From: Trueperaceae bacterium
Lineage (GTDB): Bacteria; Deinococcota; Deinococci; Deinococcales; Trueperaceae
DNA length: 64,000 nucleotides
Direction: 5' to 3'
Assembly (NCBI GenBank): GCA_035703635.1
Contig: DASSXV010000075.1
Coordinates: 25,103 to 89,102, forward strand
The notes beneath the pieces are model-generated. The model saw only the letters and a program-made list of their open reading frames with translations. It did not search any database and was not told the DNA's origin. The number at the start of each line of letters is the position of its first letter. Positions within the stretch are counted from its first letter, which is position 1. Below, in pieces: positions 1-9,557 of this stretch. Made by a program: the position numbers and the translations under genes.

Positions 1-1
1 C

Positions 2-508
2 GCGGCGCGCAGCAACGACCTCTTCTACGGCCAGTGTGCCTGCGGCGGCTCAACCACCATCGACTACTTCAACCTCGCCACCAACACGAGCGTCACGCAT
101 AAGGAAACCGGCACCGACCTCGGGAATCAACTCAGCGTCCGCTTCGGTTACGCGGCCGGCGCTGATCTTTTCATCGGCGGCCCGGACTACAGCGGAACGA
201 ACACCAACCTCCTACTCAAGCTGAACCCAGACACCCTCGATCTCTTGAGTTCCCGCAGTTTCATGAGCGGCCTGCCGGACGAAGGGCCGCGGGTCGAGGA
301 CGTCACTGCCCGCGGCGGCGATCTTCTGGCGCTCGTGGGCGACAGCATCGTGATCGTGGGCCCCACCGGCCGCGCCGAGCGCACATACAAGTTGCATGGC
401 GTCGGCTCGAGCGCACCCACGGGCCTCACCACCGTCGGCTCGAACGTCTACCTCCTCACCCTCACGGCCGAAGGAAAGGGCATCATCTACCAGGTGAACC
501 TGCCTTGA
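2..508 (+). CDS. C-terminal part of a beta-strand-rich (propeller-like) hypothetical protein, truncated by the window edge
   Basis: Frame is open from base 2 (AARSNDLFYGQCACGG...) into the listed ORF 245..508. Blade-like segments such as APTGLTTVGSNVYLL. Confidence 0.6.
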   Translation, partial: AARSNDLFYGQCACGGSTTIDYFNLATNTSVTHKETGTDLGNQLSVRFGYAAGADLFIGGPDYSGTNTNLLLKLNPDTLDLLSSRSFMSGLPDEGPRVEDVTARGGDLLALVGDSIVIVGPTGRAERTYKLHGVGSSAPTGLTTVGSNVYLLTLTAEGKGIIYQVNLP

Positions 509-582
509 ACTCGGCTGGGTGAGGCTGCCGAGCCATCCAGGATCGTCGCTCCCACCTCAGGTCACCGGAACGCTCGACCGCG

Positions 583-1431
583 TCATGGCGAGAGCGTCCG
601 GTGGCGGAAGAGATAGCCGGCCAACGGCATGCACACCACGACGATCCCGAGCGACCATACGAGCGACAGCCAGATGTGATCACCAACTGGCGTGCCGTTC
701 ATGAGCGCGCGGATGGCCTCGATCACGTGCGTTACGGGCTGATTCTCCGCGAAGACCCGCAGGGCGTGGGGCATGGTGCTCGTGGGCACGAAGGCGGCGC
801 TGGCGAAGGTCAGCGGGAAGATGATCAGGAAGCCCATCCACTGCACCGACTCGATGCTTCTGGCCAGCAGACCAAGGATGGCCGACAACCAGGAGATCGC
901 GAGGGTGAACAGGAGGATGATCCCGAAGATCACGAGCCAGTCCACGGCGGAGGCTACCGGGCGGAACCCCACGAAGAACGCCGCCACGATCATGATCAAC
1001 GACGAGAGCGTGTTGCGCACGAGGTCCGCCACCACGTGCCCGGTCAGCACGGCCGAACTGGTCATGGGTAAGGACTTGAAGCGGTCGATGATGCCCTTCT
1101 TCAGGTCGTTCGCCACCGAGAGCGAGGTGGTGGTGGCTCCGAACGCGGCCATCTGCACCAGGATCCCCGCCACCAAGAAGTTCACGTACACGATGCCGCC
1201 CGTGTTGATGGCGCCGCCGAACACGTAACGGAAGAGCAGCAGGAACATGAGCGGCTGGATGGTGAGGCCTAGGAGTTGATCGACGTTCCGGAAGATGTGC
1301 TCGAGGCTACGCCCGATGAGCATGGAGGTGTCCGAGAATGCCCAGTAGAGCTCGGAGTGCCGCTTCATCTCGGTGCCGAACCTGCGCGGCGGACCGGACA
1401 GTTGCGGACCAACGTCAAGCGAGCGACGCAT
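583..1431 (-). CDS. ABC-2 exporter permease, DrrB-like
   Basis: Multiple TM segments; IQPLMFLLLFRYVFGGAI, GIIDRFKSLP, FAENQPVT. ATG at 1431 overlaps the end of the upstream ATPase gene. Confidence 0.9.
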   Translation of the reverse strand: MRRSLDVGPQLSGPPRRFGTEMKRHSELYWAFSDTSMLIGRSLEHIFRNVDQLLGLTIQPLMFLLLFRYVFGGAINTGGIVYVNFLVAGILVQMAAFGATTTSLSVANDLKKGIIDRFKSLPMTSSAVLTGHVVADLVRNTLSSLIMIVAAFFVGFRPVASAVDWLVIFGIILLFTLAISWLSAILGLLARSIESVQWMGFLIIFPLTFASAAFVPTSTMPHALRVFAENQPVTHVIEAIRALMNGTPVGDHIWLSLVWSLGIVVVCMPLAGYLFRHRTLSP

Positions 1432-2467
1432 GGGCTTCTCCCGCTCCCGCTGGCCGACCGCCGGTTTCGTGGCCGGTGAGCTGCAAGAACACGTCGTCCA
1501 GCGTCGGTTTCTGCACCACCATGCGCTCGAGCTCGATCCCCGCATCGTAAAGCGGATCGAGCACCTGCTTGATGGCGCGAACGCTGCCGTCGGTTGCCAC
1601 GCTCAAACTGCGCTCTCCTTCACTACTCTGTAGGCCCATCCCGAACGCGCCCACGATCCGTTGGGCGGCGGCGAAGTCGTTCCCGGGCGCTATCACCATC
1701 TCTAGCCGCTCCGAACCGACCCTGGCCTTCAGCTCATCGCCCGTGCCCTCCGCGATGATCTTGCCGCGGTCGAGAACTGCGATGCGGTCGGCAAGTTTGT
1801 CTGCCTCGTCTAGGTACTGCGTGGTGAGAAGGATCGTCACGCCGCCCACCATCAGCTTCTCGATGACGTCCCACATCGCCAGTCGGCTGCGAGGGTCGAG
1901 GCCCGTCGTCGGTTCGTCCAGGAAGACGATCGGCGGCACCGCCACGAGGCTCGCCGCGAGGTCCAGGCGCCGCCGCATGCCTCCGGAGTACGTCTTGACC
2001 ATCCGTCCAGCCGCGTCCTCCAGATCGAACTGCGCCAGCAGCTCCTCCGCGCGGCGCTGGCTGACGGCCTTGCTCAGGTGGTAGAGCCGCCCCATCATCT
2101 CGAGGTTCTTGCGCCCCGAGAGCAGTTCGTCCACCGCCGCGTACTGCCCGGTGAGGCCGATGATGCTGCGCACGGACTTCGCGTCGCTCACGACGTCGAA
2201 CCCACCCACCATCACGGAGCCGCCGTCGGGTATCAGCAGCGTAGCGAGGATCCTCACGATGGTCGTCTTGCCTGCCCCGTTTGGCCCCAGCAGGGCGAGC
2301 ATCTTGCCGCGCTTGACCGTGATGTCGATGCCCTCGAGAACCCGCACCTTCTTGAAGGACTTCGTAAGTCCCGTGATGACGATAGCGTCGTCCGGGGCCG
2401 TCGCCGCCGCGGAGTACTCAGGCTGCACCCAGTTGTCTGAGGCTTGTCGCCTAGCTGCGGTAGTCAT
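1415..2467 (-). CDS. ABC exporter ATP-binding protein, DrrA-like
   Basis: Walker A GPNGAGKT, signature YSGGMRRRLDLA, Walker B FLDEPTTGLDP, C-terminal PTLDDVFLQLTG. GGAGG precedes ATG 2467. Confidence 0.93.
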   Translation of the reverse strand: MTTAARRQASDNWVQPEYSAAATAPDDAIVITGLTKSFKKVRVLEGIDITVKRGKMLALLGPNGAGKTTIVRILATLLIPDGGSVMVGGFDVVSDAKSVRSIIGLTGQYAAVDELLSGRKNLEMMGRLYHLSKAVSQRRAEELLAQFDLEDAAGRMVKTYSGGMRRRLDLAASLVAVPPIVFLDEPTTGLDPRSRLAMWDVIEKLMVGGVTILLTTQYLDEADKLADRIAVLDRGKIIAEGTGDELKARVGSERLEMVIAPGNDFAAAQRIVGAFGMGLQSSEGERSLSVATDGSVRAIKQVLDPLYDAGIELERMVVQKPTLDDVFLQLTGHETGGRPAGAGEAHASLA

Positions 2468-2784
2468 GCTCACCTCCGGAAGCTTCACGGGCAGGCGTGG
2501 CGGGACTCGGTCCGGTACTAGTTAGCCGCGCACTTCCTCCCGACCGATGGCCCTGCCCACTCCCTAGTGGCGACCATGGAGAGGCGGAATGCTAGCACCG
2601 GAGTTTGGGCCTTAGCTGTGCGCGTTGAAGCTGGCTTCTCTCAAGGCGCCAGAGCGCTGGCCCTGGGACCCGCTATGGCCTACGTCCACGGACTCGCCGA
2701 GGCGAGCGGCGGCCCCTCGGGGCCGTCATCTCGCAGCTGGCGCGCACTGCCATGCGCCGCGAGAGCGCGGCTAGCCGACCGCCT

Positions 2785-5184
2785 TCACGGCGCCAGGTCC
2801 GGGAACCGGAAGTCCCAGCTCGAGGTCCCGCTGCCGCCGACGTCGGAGGTGAAAGCGGCACTTCCGGCCAGTAGGCTGCCGCCGGCCCCATCGCTGGCCA
2901 CTTTGGGCGACGGGTTGCCGGTCTGGAACAGGGGCACGTTCTCGTCCTTCTTGCCGCCCATGCAGCCGTCGTCGGCGCCGGCGGCAACGTACACGTAACC
3001 CGAGCCGTAGTAGGTGCCGTCCGGGGAGAGGACCAGCAGGCCGCTCACGTAGGTGCCCAAGTTGGGGTCGGTGTTCACGACCCGTAGGTTGTCGCCCGAG
3101 CTGGTTATCGAGCAGCCGGCCGTGTAGTCGGCTTGGTCCGTCCACGACACCGTTGCGCCGGTCAGGTTGAACTGTTGCGGGTTCTGCGGGTCCTGCACCC
3201 AGGTGAGGCCAGCGCCCGTGGTGTGCACGTCCCAGGCGATGCCGTTGACGGTATCCGGCTGACTGTAGTCGTAGCTGGTGCCGCCCGTGCAGGCGGCCAT
3301 TGGTTCCAGCGACAAGCCCAGCCCTGCCACGCACACGCCGGCCAGGTTCACGATCACCGTGGAGTTGGCAGTCACCTCGAGCGGCACCTCGACCACCTTG
3401 GCGAGGAGGTCATCGACGACGAACGCCTGGAAGCGGTACTCGCCTCCTGCCAGTCCGGTGGTGTCCCACACGGTGTCGAAGTCGGATTGGTTGGAGGCGC
3501 TTAGGGGAATGGTGCGGAAGAGGGTGGGCTCGTCGGACCCCTGTGACATGTAGATCAGGACCTTGCCGACGTTGTAATGCCCCAAGTAGGTGAGGTGGTC
3601 GGCGTCGAGCGCCACGTGCAAGTGCACTTGGTCGCCTGGCACGGCGTTGGTAGCGGACGCCGTGAAGGTCCCTGACGGCGACTTCGAGATCGGGTAGGTC
3701 TCCTGGAACTGCGCCACCTGCGCGGAGACCCCGATGCCGAGCCACGACAGGAGCTTGTCTAGGTCAGCGCCTATCCCTACGCTGGCGACTAATGACAGGT
3801 CGTAGGCAGAAGCGTAGGCGCTGCTGTCTGCCTGCGCCTCTGCGCTCGCCAGATCGAAGCTCTGCTGCGCGCCGAGTTGCGCCTGCACCAGCTCGATGTC
3901 CGCTAGCCCAGCGATCTGTAACTCGACGCCGGAAGCCAGGCCCACGAAGCCGCTGGCCCCGACCCTGAAGCCGGCTGGCGTCACGAGGTCGAAAGTCAGG
4001 TCGGGTGAGCCCGGCTTCGGCGTGACGTCGTGGAGCAGCGTCAGGCCGCCCGCCTCGTCATAAGTGAAGCCGGCTTTGAGGTCGAGGCCGGAGCTGGCTT
4101 CGAGGTTGACGCTGAGCGCCGCCGCCGTGATCGAACCGGTAACGCTCGCCGCCACCCCTACGGGCACCACCGGCCGCGCGACGAGCGCCGCCACGCCCGC
4201 GATAGGGATAGGGATGCGGAAGAAGACCTTCTTGCACGTGTACGTGCCGGAGTAGCCGGCCTTGACGTTCAGGCCACCAGAGACCTTCTGGGTGAGGTTA
4301 CCGTCCACGTAGAGTTCGGTCGGTCGCGGGTCGGTCCCACCATCCTGCAGGTGCAGGTGATAGCGCAGCCCGTTCTCGAGGGTGGTGTTGAGGCCCGAGA
4401 TCGACACGTACGTCGCACGGCCCTCGCACTCGATGCCTAGCGCGGCCGGCTGGAGGGTGTTGGCGGGGCCGAATGTCGTCGTGCCCCCGCTGTGGCTGCG
4501 CACGACCAACTGGCCGGCAACGTCTTCTGCGGGCACGACGGGGGCGGCGGCTAGGTCGAAGTCGGCGTTTATCGACAGCCGTTCGAAGAGGTCTTGTGGA
4601 GGTAGCGGGGCGTAGATGATCTCGACGCCGCCGGCGGTGGGCGTTGCCGACACGACCCTACCGCCGATGCTCACCGCCTGGGAGCCGATGATGAGCGTGC
4701 CCGGCTCGAGGCTCGCCGCTCCTGACAGAACCACGCGTTGCTGGATGGGGTTCGCGGTGCCCTCCACCGGCGTGGGCGGCCCCTGCACCTGGTCGTCTGT
4801 GAGGAGCACAGCCCCCGTAGCGGGCTGCGCAACAATTACGAGCGCCGGAAAGGAGGCGACGCCACCCGCGGAGGCCGTAATGGTGGCGCTGCCGAGCGCG
4901 GCGTGCGTGGTCAGCTTGCCGTCCTGGTCAACCTCGACCACGCTAGGGTCGGAGGAGCTCCACGTGACGCCCTCGTCGAGTGGCGCCCCGGTGGAGTCCG
5001 TGACCGAAGCGACCAGGACCGCGGACTCGCCTGCCTTAGTGAAGAGCAGCGCCCCCGGCGCGATGACCACGCTGGCGGCCCGCTGCGGTGGCACGGCGCC
5101 GCCGCCTCCGCAACCGGATAGCAGGACCGACGCGATTACGAGCACCGTACTGCCGAGCCTCACGCATGCCTGCACCCTCGTCAT
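2785..5184 (-). CDS. Large lipoprotein with an N-terminal Ig-like (Big_2-type) domain and beta-rich domains
   Basis: Lipobox LLSG-C; VTWSSSDPSVVEVDQDG Ig motif; AGGAGG before ATG 5184. Confidence 0.75.
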   Translation of the reverse strand: MTRVQACVRLGSTVLVIASVLLSGCGGGGAVPPQRAASVVIAPGALLFTKAGESAVLVASVTDSTGAPLDEGVTWSSSDPSVVEVDQDGKLTTHAALGSATITASAGGVASFPALVIVAQPATGAVLLTDDQVQGPPTPVEGTANPIQQRVVLSGAASLEPGTLIIGSQAVSIGGRVVSATPTAGGVEIIYAPLPPQDLFERLSINADFDLAAAPVVPAEDVAGQLVVRSHSGGTTTFGPANTLQPAALGIECEGRATYVSISGLNTTLENGLRYHLHLQDGGTDPRPTELYVDGNLTQKVSGGLNVKAGYSGTYTCKKVFFRIPIPIAGVAALVARPVVPVGVAASVTGSITAAALSVNLEASSGLDLKAGFTYDEAGGLTLLHDVTPKPGSPDLTFDLVTPAGFRVGASGFVGLASGVELQIAGLADIELVQAQLGAQQSFDLASAEAQADSSAYASAYDLSLVASVGIGADLDKLLSWLGIGVSAQVAQFQETYPISKSPSGTFTASATNAVPGDQVHLHVALDADHLTYLGHYNVGKVLIYMSQGSDEPTLFRTIPLSASNQSDFDTVWDTTGLAGGEYRFQAFVVDDLLAKVVEVPLEVTANSTVIVNLAGVCVAGLGLSLEPMAACTGGTSYDYSQPDTVNGIAWDVHTTGAGLTWVQDPQNPQQFNLTGATVSWTDQADYTAGCSITSSGDNLRVVNTDPNLGTYVSGLLVLSPDGTYYGSGYVYVAAGADDGCMGGKKDENVPLFQTGNPSPKVASDGAGGSLLAGSAAFTSDVGGSGTSSWDFRFPDLAP

Positions 5185-5403
5185 CTGCCTGCCTCCTGGG
5201 CCCCGCCCCTTGGACGTTGCGTCTGGCGTGTTTAGGAAAAACAGGGCATTACAGCATGGCTGAGGAGAGTGCGCCGTGATGGGGTTCAAGCGGAAATGAC
5301 AGGGCCACCGGTCTGCTGCGCCCCAACCTGAGCAGGTTCGCGGAGGCGGGTCGTGAGGCGAACGCAGCGCTCCCCTCACGACTCGGATGAGTTGCCCCTG
5401 CCG

Positions 5404-6450
5404 CTACTGCCAGACCGTCTCGAACACGCGCATGAAGTTGCCGCCTAGGACCTTCTGCGTGGCCTCCACGCTGAACCCACGGCGCAGGAGCGAGGCCGTC
5501 AGGTTCGGCCACTCTGACCACTTGGAGAAACCCTTGGCGTGTTTCTGGTCTTCGGGGTAGCCGCCGAAGAACCCCGGGAATGTGCGCTCGAAGCCGGCGC
5601 GGCTGACGCGCACGTAGTGGGTGTCGTATTGGAAGTTGTCTGTTCCGATGGCAGCATGGTCTATTCCAACTAGGTCAACGACGTACTGGATGTGGTCGAT
5701 GTAATCGTCAACAGTGGGCCACTGCTTGCGCTGCTTCTCGATCATGATGGAGTGGGGACAGAGGCCGATGACGCCGCCCGTTGTGGCTACGGCCTCTATG
5801 AGCTCGTCACTTAGGTTGCGTACGTGGGGGTTGAGCTTCTTCACCCCGGCGTGCGAGACGATTACGGGCGCCTTTGAGTGCCTGGCGGCTTCGAGCGCGG
5901 TGCGTTGACCGACGTGCGAGAGGTCGACGACCACTCCCAGGCGGTTCATCTCCTCAACCACCTTCTGCCCAACGCGCGTGAGTCCGGTGTCGTTCGGCTC
6001 CATGCAGCCGCAGCCGATGGCGTTGCGCTCGTTGTAGGTGATCTGCATGATCTTGACGTCGAGGTTCTTCAACACCCAAAGGTTGCGTGTGTCCTCACCG
6101 ATGCAAGCCAGCCCCTGCGTCGAGAGGATTATCCCCACCCTGCCGCTGCGCTTGGCTTCGTAGATGTCAGAGGCGCGCCGCACGACCAGCGCCTTCTCGG
6201 GGAACGCCTCCGCGATCGCGTGCTCCTGGTAAAGGTTCATCATGGCCTCTGGCATCGACTGGGGGTAGGCGTCAGCGACGATGGAGTCACAGAACGCGGT
6301 CACTCCGCTGGCTAGGATGTGGTCGAACATCAGGTCGTCGATGCCGCCTTGCGGAGGGATCGGCGAGTACAGCTTGCAGAACAGGCCGTCGATGATGACG
6401 GCGTCGGCGTGCACGTTGTCGGGCGCAACTGGATCAGTGATCTGGCTCAT
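5404..6450 (-). CDS. M19 (membrane/renal dipeptidase) family amidohydrolase with non-canonical metal ligands
   Basis: ITYNERN, EMNRLG-VVVDLSH, SHAG, RNLSDE, IGTD, KVLGGNFMRV. IDGL replaces HxD and TQG replaces EG. Confidence 0.85.
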   Translation of the reverse strand: MSQITDPVAPDNVHADAVIIDGLFCKLYSPIPPQGGIDDLMFDHILASGVTAFCDSIVADAYPQSMPEAMMNLYQEHAIAEAFPEKALVVRRASDIYEAKRSGRVGIILSTQGLACIGEDTRNLWVLKNLDVKIMQITYNERNAIGCGCMEPNDTGLTRVGQKVVEEMNRLGVVVDLSHVGQRTALEAARHSKAPVIVSHAGVKKLNPHVRNLSDELIEAVATTGGVIGLCPHSIMIEKQRKQWPTVDDYIDHIQYVVDLVGIDHAAIGTDNFQYDTHYVRVSRAGFERTFPGFFGGYPEDQKHAKGFSKWSEWPNLTASLLRRGFSVEATQKVLGGNFMRVFETVWQ

Positions 6451-6475
6451 TACGGGTCTGCCTCCTTGGTCGGAG

Positions 6476-7201
6476 CTAGCTATCGTTCTCTGCGTCCACC
6501 TGAGCCAACCTCGCGACCAGGCGCACCTCGCCGTGTTCCAACGTTTCGGTGATGGTGCGTCTGACCTTGGCGGGGTCGCGCTCGCGGAGGGCGTCGAGCA
6601 GCACCCTGTGGCGGGCGTCGCTGTAACGGATGTTCTGGGGGGTGAACGGGATGCGCTGCCTTACCTCGAGCAGCACCTCGAACGTCACTTCCCACAGGCG
6701 GGTCATCACAGGGTTGCCTGCCAGTTCGCTTAGGGTGCGGTGAAACTGCCTGTCTAGGCGGACGTGCTGCTGGATGTCGGTGTCCGGGGTCTTCTCCATG
6801 TCGCGGCAGTACTGCTCCAGCTCCTCGAGATCTTCCTCCGTCAGGTTCCGGGCAGCCAGCTCTCCCAGTTCTGCCTCGAGCAAGCGGCGCGCCTGGTATA
6901 GGTGCCGGATCTCCAGCTCGCGCAGGAGCATGTCGACGTAGAGGGCTTTGGTCAGCGCCGGCATGCTCATCCCCTCGCTGACGAAGGAGCCTTCGCTGCG
7001 ACGCGTGATGAAGCCGAGGGTCTCGAGCGCCTTAAGAGCCTCGCGGACCGATGAGCGTCCAACGCCGAGCTGTTGACTCAGGCCGTGCTCGGTGGGCAAG
7101 CGGTCACCGGGCTTGAGGGTGCCCGTGCTGATCAGCTCCATGACCTGATCGATGACGGTGTCGGAAACGCTGGACCTGTCTACCCGGGTGAATACGGACA
7201 T
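6476..7201 (-). CDS. GntR family (FadR/FCD) transcriptional regulator
   Basis: wHTH LKPGDRLPTE...LGVGRSSVREAL and an FCD C-terminal domain (DRQFH, H). Start is uncertain (7201 or upstream). Confidence 0.9.
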   Translation of the reverse strand: MSVFTRVDRSSVSDTVIDQVMELISTGTLKPGDRLPTEHGLSQQLGVGRSSVREALKALETLGFITRRSEGSFVSEGMSMPALTKALYVDMLLRELEIRHLYQARRLLEAELGELAARNLTEEDLEELEQYCRDMEKTPDTDIQQHVRLDRQFHRTLSELAGNPVMTRLWEVTFEVLLEVRQRIPFTPQNIRYSDARHRVLLDALRERDPAKVRRTITETLEHGEVRLVARLAQVDAENDS

Positions 7202-7265
7202 TCCACATTCTGCAGCAAGCTGCAGTCTCCTCTCCGTAGCTGCGGTCGCCCAAGGACGCGCCGTA

Positions 7266-7325
7266 TTGACAGCCACATAGCATGGCCATATTATCCTATC
7301 TACAGATTGTCTGACAATCAGTCAA
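7266..7325. promoter_or_regulatory. Overlapping divergent sigma70-like promoters with a GntR-type operator
   Basis: + strand TTGACA-N17-TATTAT (7266-7294); - strand TTGACT-N17-TAGATA; palindrome GATTGTC-T-GACAATC at 7305-7319. Confidence 0.7.
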
Positions 7326-7385
7326 TCGCACGGCCCTCGGGTTCCCGACGATGGAGCCCGACCGCCACCATAGGAGCGAGACAAC

Positions 7386-8450
7386 GTGTACCAGGCGTTC
7401 GATTTCGGACTGGACGAGGCGCAGGAGCAGCGCGCGGTGGCGCTGCACTCCGAGGCCTTCCTTATCGACGGTCTCGGTGGATCCATGCTCATGCGCCCGG
7501 TGCCAGACGTTGACGGCGCAGACAGGATCGACCAGTACCGGCACAACGGGGTGAGCGTCAGCGTCGAGACCATCGCAATGCCAGGCGAGGACGCCACGGC
7601 GACCATCCGCCGCGTCTTCGACTACCTTTGCCTCGACGAAGTGGCTGCCGGCAGGGCACGGCGGGCCAAAAGCATCGCCGATCTCTTGCGGCATCACGCC
7701 GACAGCGTCCTGAGTCTGGTGTATGGGCTACAGGCGGCCGACCCGTTCGAAGGCTCTACCTACTTGGTGAAGGTGTTCCACGAGTTGGGGGTGCGCGTCG
7801 CCAACCTCGTCTACAACCAGCGCAACCGCCTGGGTGACGGCTGCCTCGAGAACGCCAATCAGGGCCTGACCGCGTTCGGCCGCAGCGTGGTCCTTGAGAT
7901 GAACCGCGTAGGCATGACCGTCGACCTCTCCCACACGGGCGAGCGGACCTCGCTTGACGCGGCCGCCTGCTCCCGAGCTCCAGTGGTGTTCTCGCATTCC
8001 TGCGCCAAGGCTTTGACCGACCACCCACGCAACCTGACGGACGAACAGATCCGCGCCGCCGCGTCCACGGGCGGCCTCATCGGCCTGTGCCCCCACTCGC
8101 AGTTCTGTGAAAGTCGAAGCGGCGTACGCCCAACGCTTGAAGACTTCCTTGATCACATCGTCTACGTGGTCGACCTAGTCGGGGTGGACCACGTTGGCAT
8201 CGGCACCGACCTGTTCGGAGGCAAGACCTTGGGTGAGTCAGTGTTCCGCTTCGAGTTCGGGAGTCAAGTGCCCGGGGCCTGGGGCGGTTACGGCATCGAC
8301 GAGAAGTACGTAGCGGGGTTCGACAACGTCTACCACTGGCACAACGTCGCGCGCGGCCTCGTGGCGCGCGGCTTCGGTGACGAGGAAGCCCTCGCCATAC
8401 TGGGCGGCAACTGGCTGAGGGTCTTCGACAAGAGTTGGAGTGCAACATGA
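7386..8450 (+). CDS. Second M19 family amidohydrolase with non-canonical metal ligands
   Basis: VYNQRN, EMNRVG-VDLSH, FSHS, HPRNLTDE, IGTD, ILGGNWLRV; IDGLGG and LQA. GTG start after AGGAG. Confidence 0.85.
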   Translation: MYQAFDFGLDEAQEQRAVALHSEAFLIDGLGGSMLMRPVPDVDGADRIDQYRHNGVSVSVETIAMPGEDATATIRRVFDYLCLDEVAAGRARRAKSIADLLRHHADSVLSLVYGLQAADPFEGSTYLVKVFHELGVRVANLVYNQRNRLGDGCLENANQGLTAFGRSVVLEMNRVGMTVDLSHTGERTSLDAAACSRAPVVFSHSCAKALTDHPRNLTDEQIRAAASTGGLIGLCPHSQFCESRSGVRPTLEDFLDHIVYVVDLVGVDHVGIGTDLFGGKTLGESVFRFEFGSQVPGAWGGYGIDEKYVAGFDNVYHWHNVARGLVARGFGDEEALAILGGNWLRVFDKSWSAT

Positions 8451-9433
8451 GCAGCTTCCGTCTCCAAGGGTTGGAAGTCGCACGCGGTGACAGGGGCAGA
8501 ACGCGTTTGCCCGTCGCCGACCTTGCGGGCGGCTACAACCTAAGCGTGCCCCTCCACGTTGTGCACGGCGCGAAGGACGGTCCGACACTGCTGGTCGTTG
8601 GCGTGGTGCACGGCGAGGAGATCTTCGCCGTCGACGCCATCAGGCTGGCACTGGCGAAGATCGACGCCTCGCGCCTCGCGGGGACGATCATGGCCGTGCC
8701 CGTGGCCAACCCACCCGCGTTCGCGGCCCAAACGCGCAACATGCCGCTCGACATGCTCGACCTCAACCGCCAGTTCCCCGGCAGTTCGAACGGCTGGCTG
8801 AGCGAGCGCATCGCCGCCACCATCAGCCCACTCATAGACCGCAGCGACTGCCTCATACATATAGATGGGGGCAGCCTCGAGCGGGTAATCCATTACGTGT
8901 TCGTCAAGTCAGACGGTTCACCTAACGACGAAACTGAACGGCTTTCCCGCGCCTTCGGCCTCAAACTCCTCTACCGTGGAGCCCATTCGCACGGATCCAT
9001 CACCAGCTACGCCGCGGGTCGCGGTATCCCGGCTGTGCTGGCTGAAATCGGCGGCAGCACCCTCTACGCGGATCCGCGCTACTTGCAGAGCGCCGCCGGT
9101 GGGGTGATCAACGTCATGCGCGCGCTCCACATGCTCGACGAAGCCCCTGAGGCTACCAGCGGGCAACTGCTCCTTACCAAGCGAACCCTGGTGCGCGTAC
9201 CCGTTGGCGGGATCCTCCACCCCGCCGTCGGCCTCGAGGCGATAGACCGCGAACTGGCGGCGGACACGCTGCTCGGCACCGTCATCGATCCATACACATT
9301 GGAAGAAGTTGGAGCCATCCGGACCCCCTACCCCAGATCGGTGCTGCTTCAGATGCGGGTTCTGCCCTCAGCGGTGCAACCCGGGGACTACGCCTTCATC
9401 ATCGCCGACCTGGCTTCTGCAGAACCACAGTGA
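8447..9433 (+). CDS. AstE/AspA-like M14 metallohydrolase (deacylase-like)
   Basis: HGEE, PVANP, DLNRQFPG, AEIGG. ATGA overlap with the upstream stop. Confidence 0.85.
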   Translation: MSSFRLQGLEVARGDRGRTRLPVADLAGGYNLSVPLHVVHGAKDGPTLLVVGVVHGEEIFAVDAIRLALAKIDASRLAGTIMAVPVANPPAFAAQTRNMPLDMLDLNRQFPGSSNGWLSERIAATISPLIDRSDCLIHIDGGSLERVIHYVFVKSDGSPNDETERLSRAFGLKLLYRGAHSHGSITSYAAGRGIPAVLAEIGGSTLYADPRYLQSAAGGVINVMRALHMLDEAPEATSGQLLLTKRTLVRVPVGGILHPAVGLEAIDRELAADTLLGTVIDPYTLEEVGAIRTPYPRSVLLQMRVLPSAVQPGDYAFIIADLASAEPQ

Positions 9434-9557
9434 CTTCGAGCACGCGAGCTGGCGCGCACTTCGCCAGCAGACGGAAGGAGGAGCGCCCGCCCTAATTAGT
9501 CGACTTCGTTAGCACGCCGGGGGGCAACACGCTAGACGTTACTCGGAGGCACCGCAA

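Noticed and set aside
583-2467. DrrAB-like exporter as a sign of an antibiotic biosynthetic cluster
   Set aside because: No biosynthetic genes are adjacent, and stand-alone DrrAB-like pairs are common.
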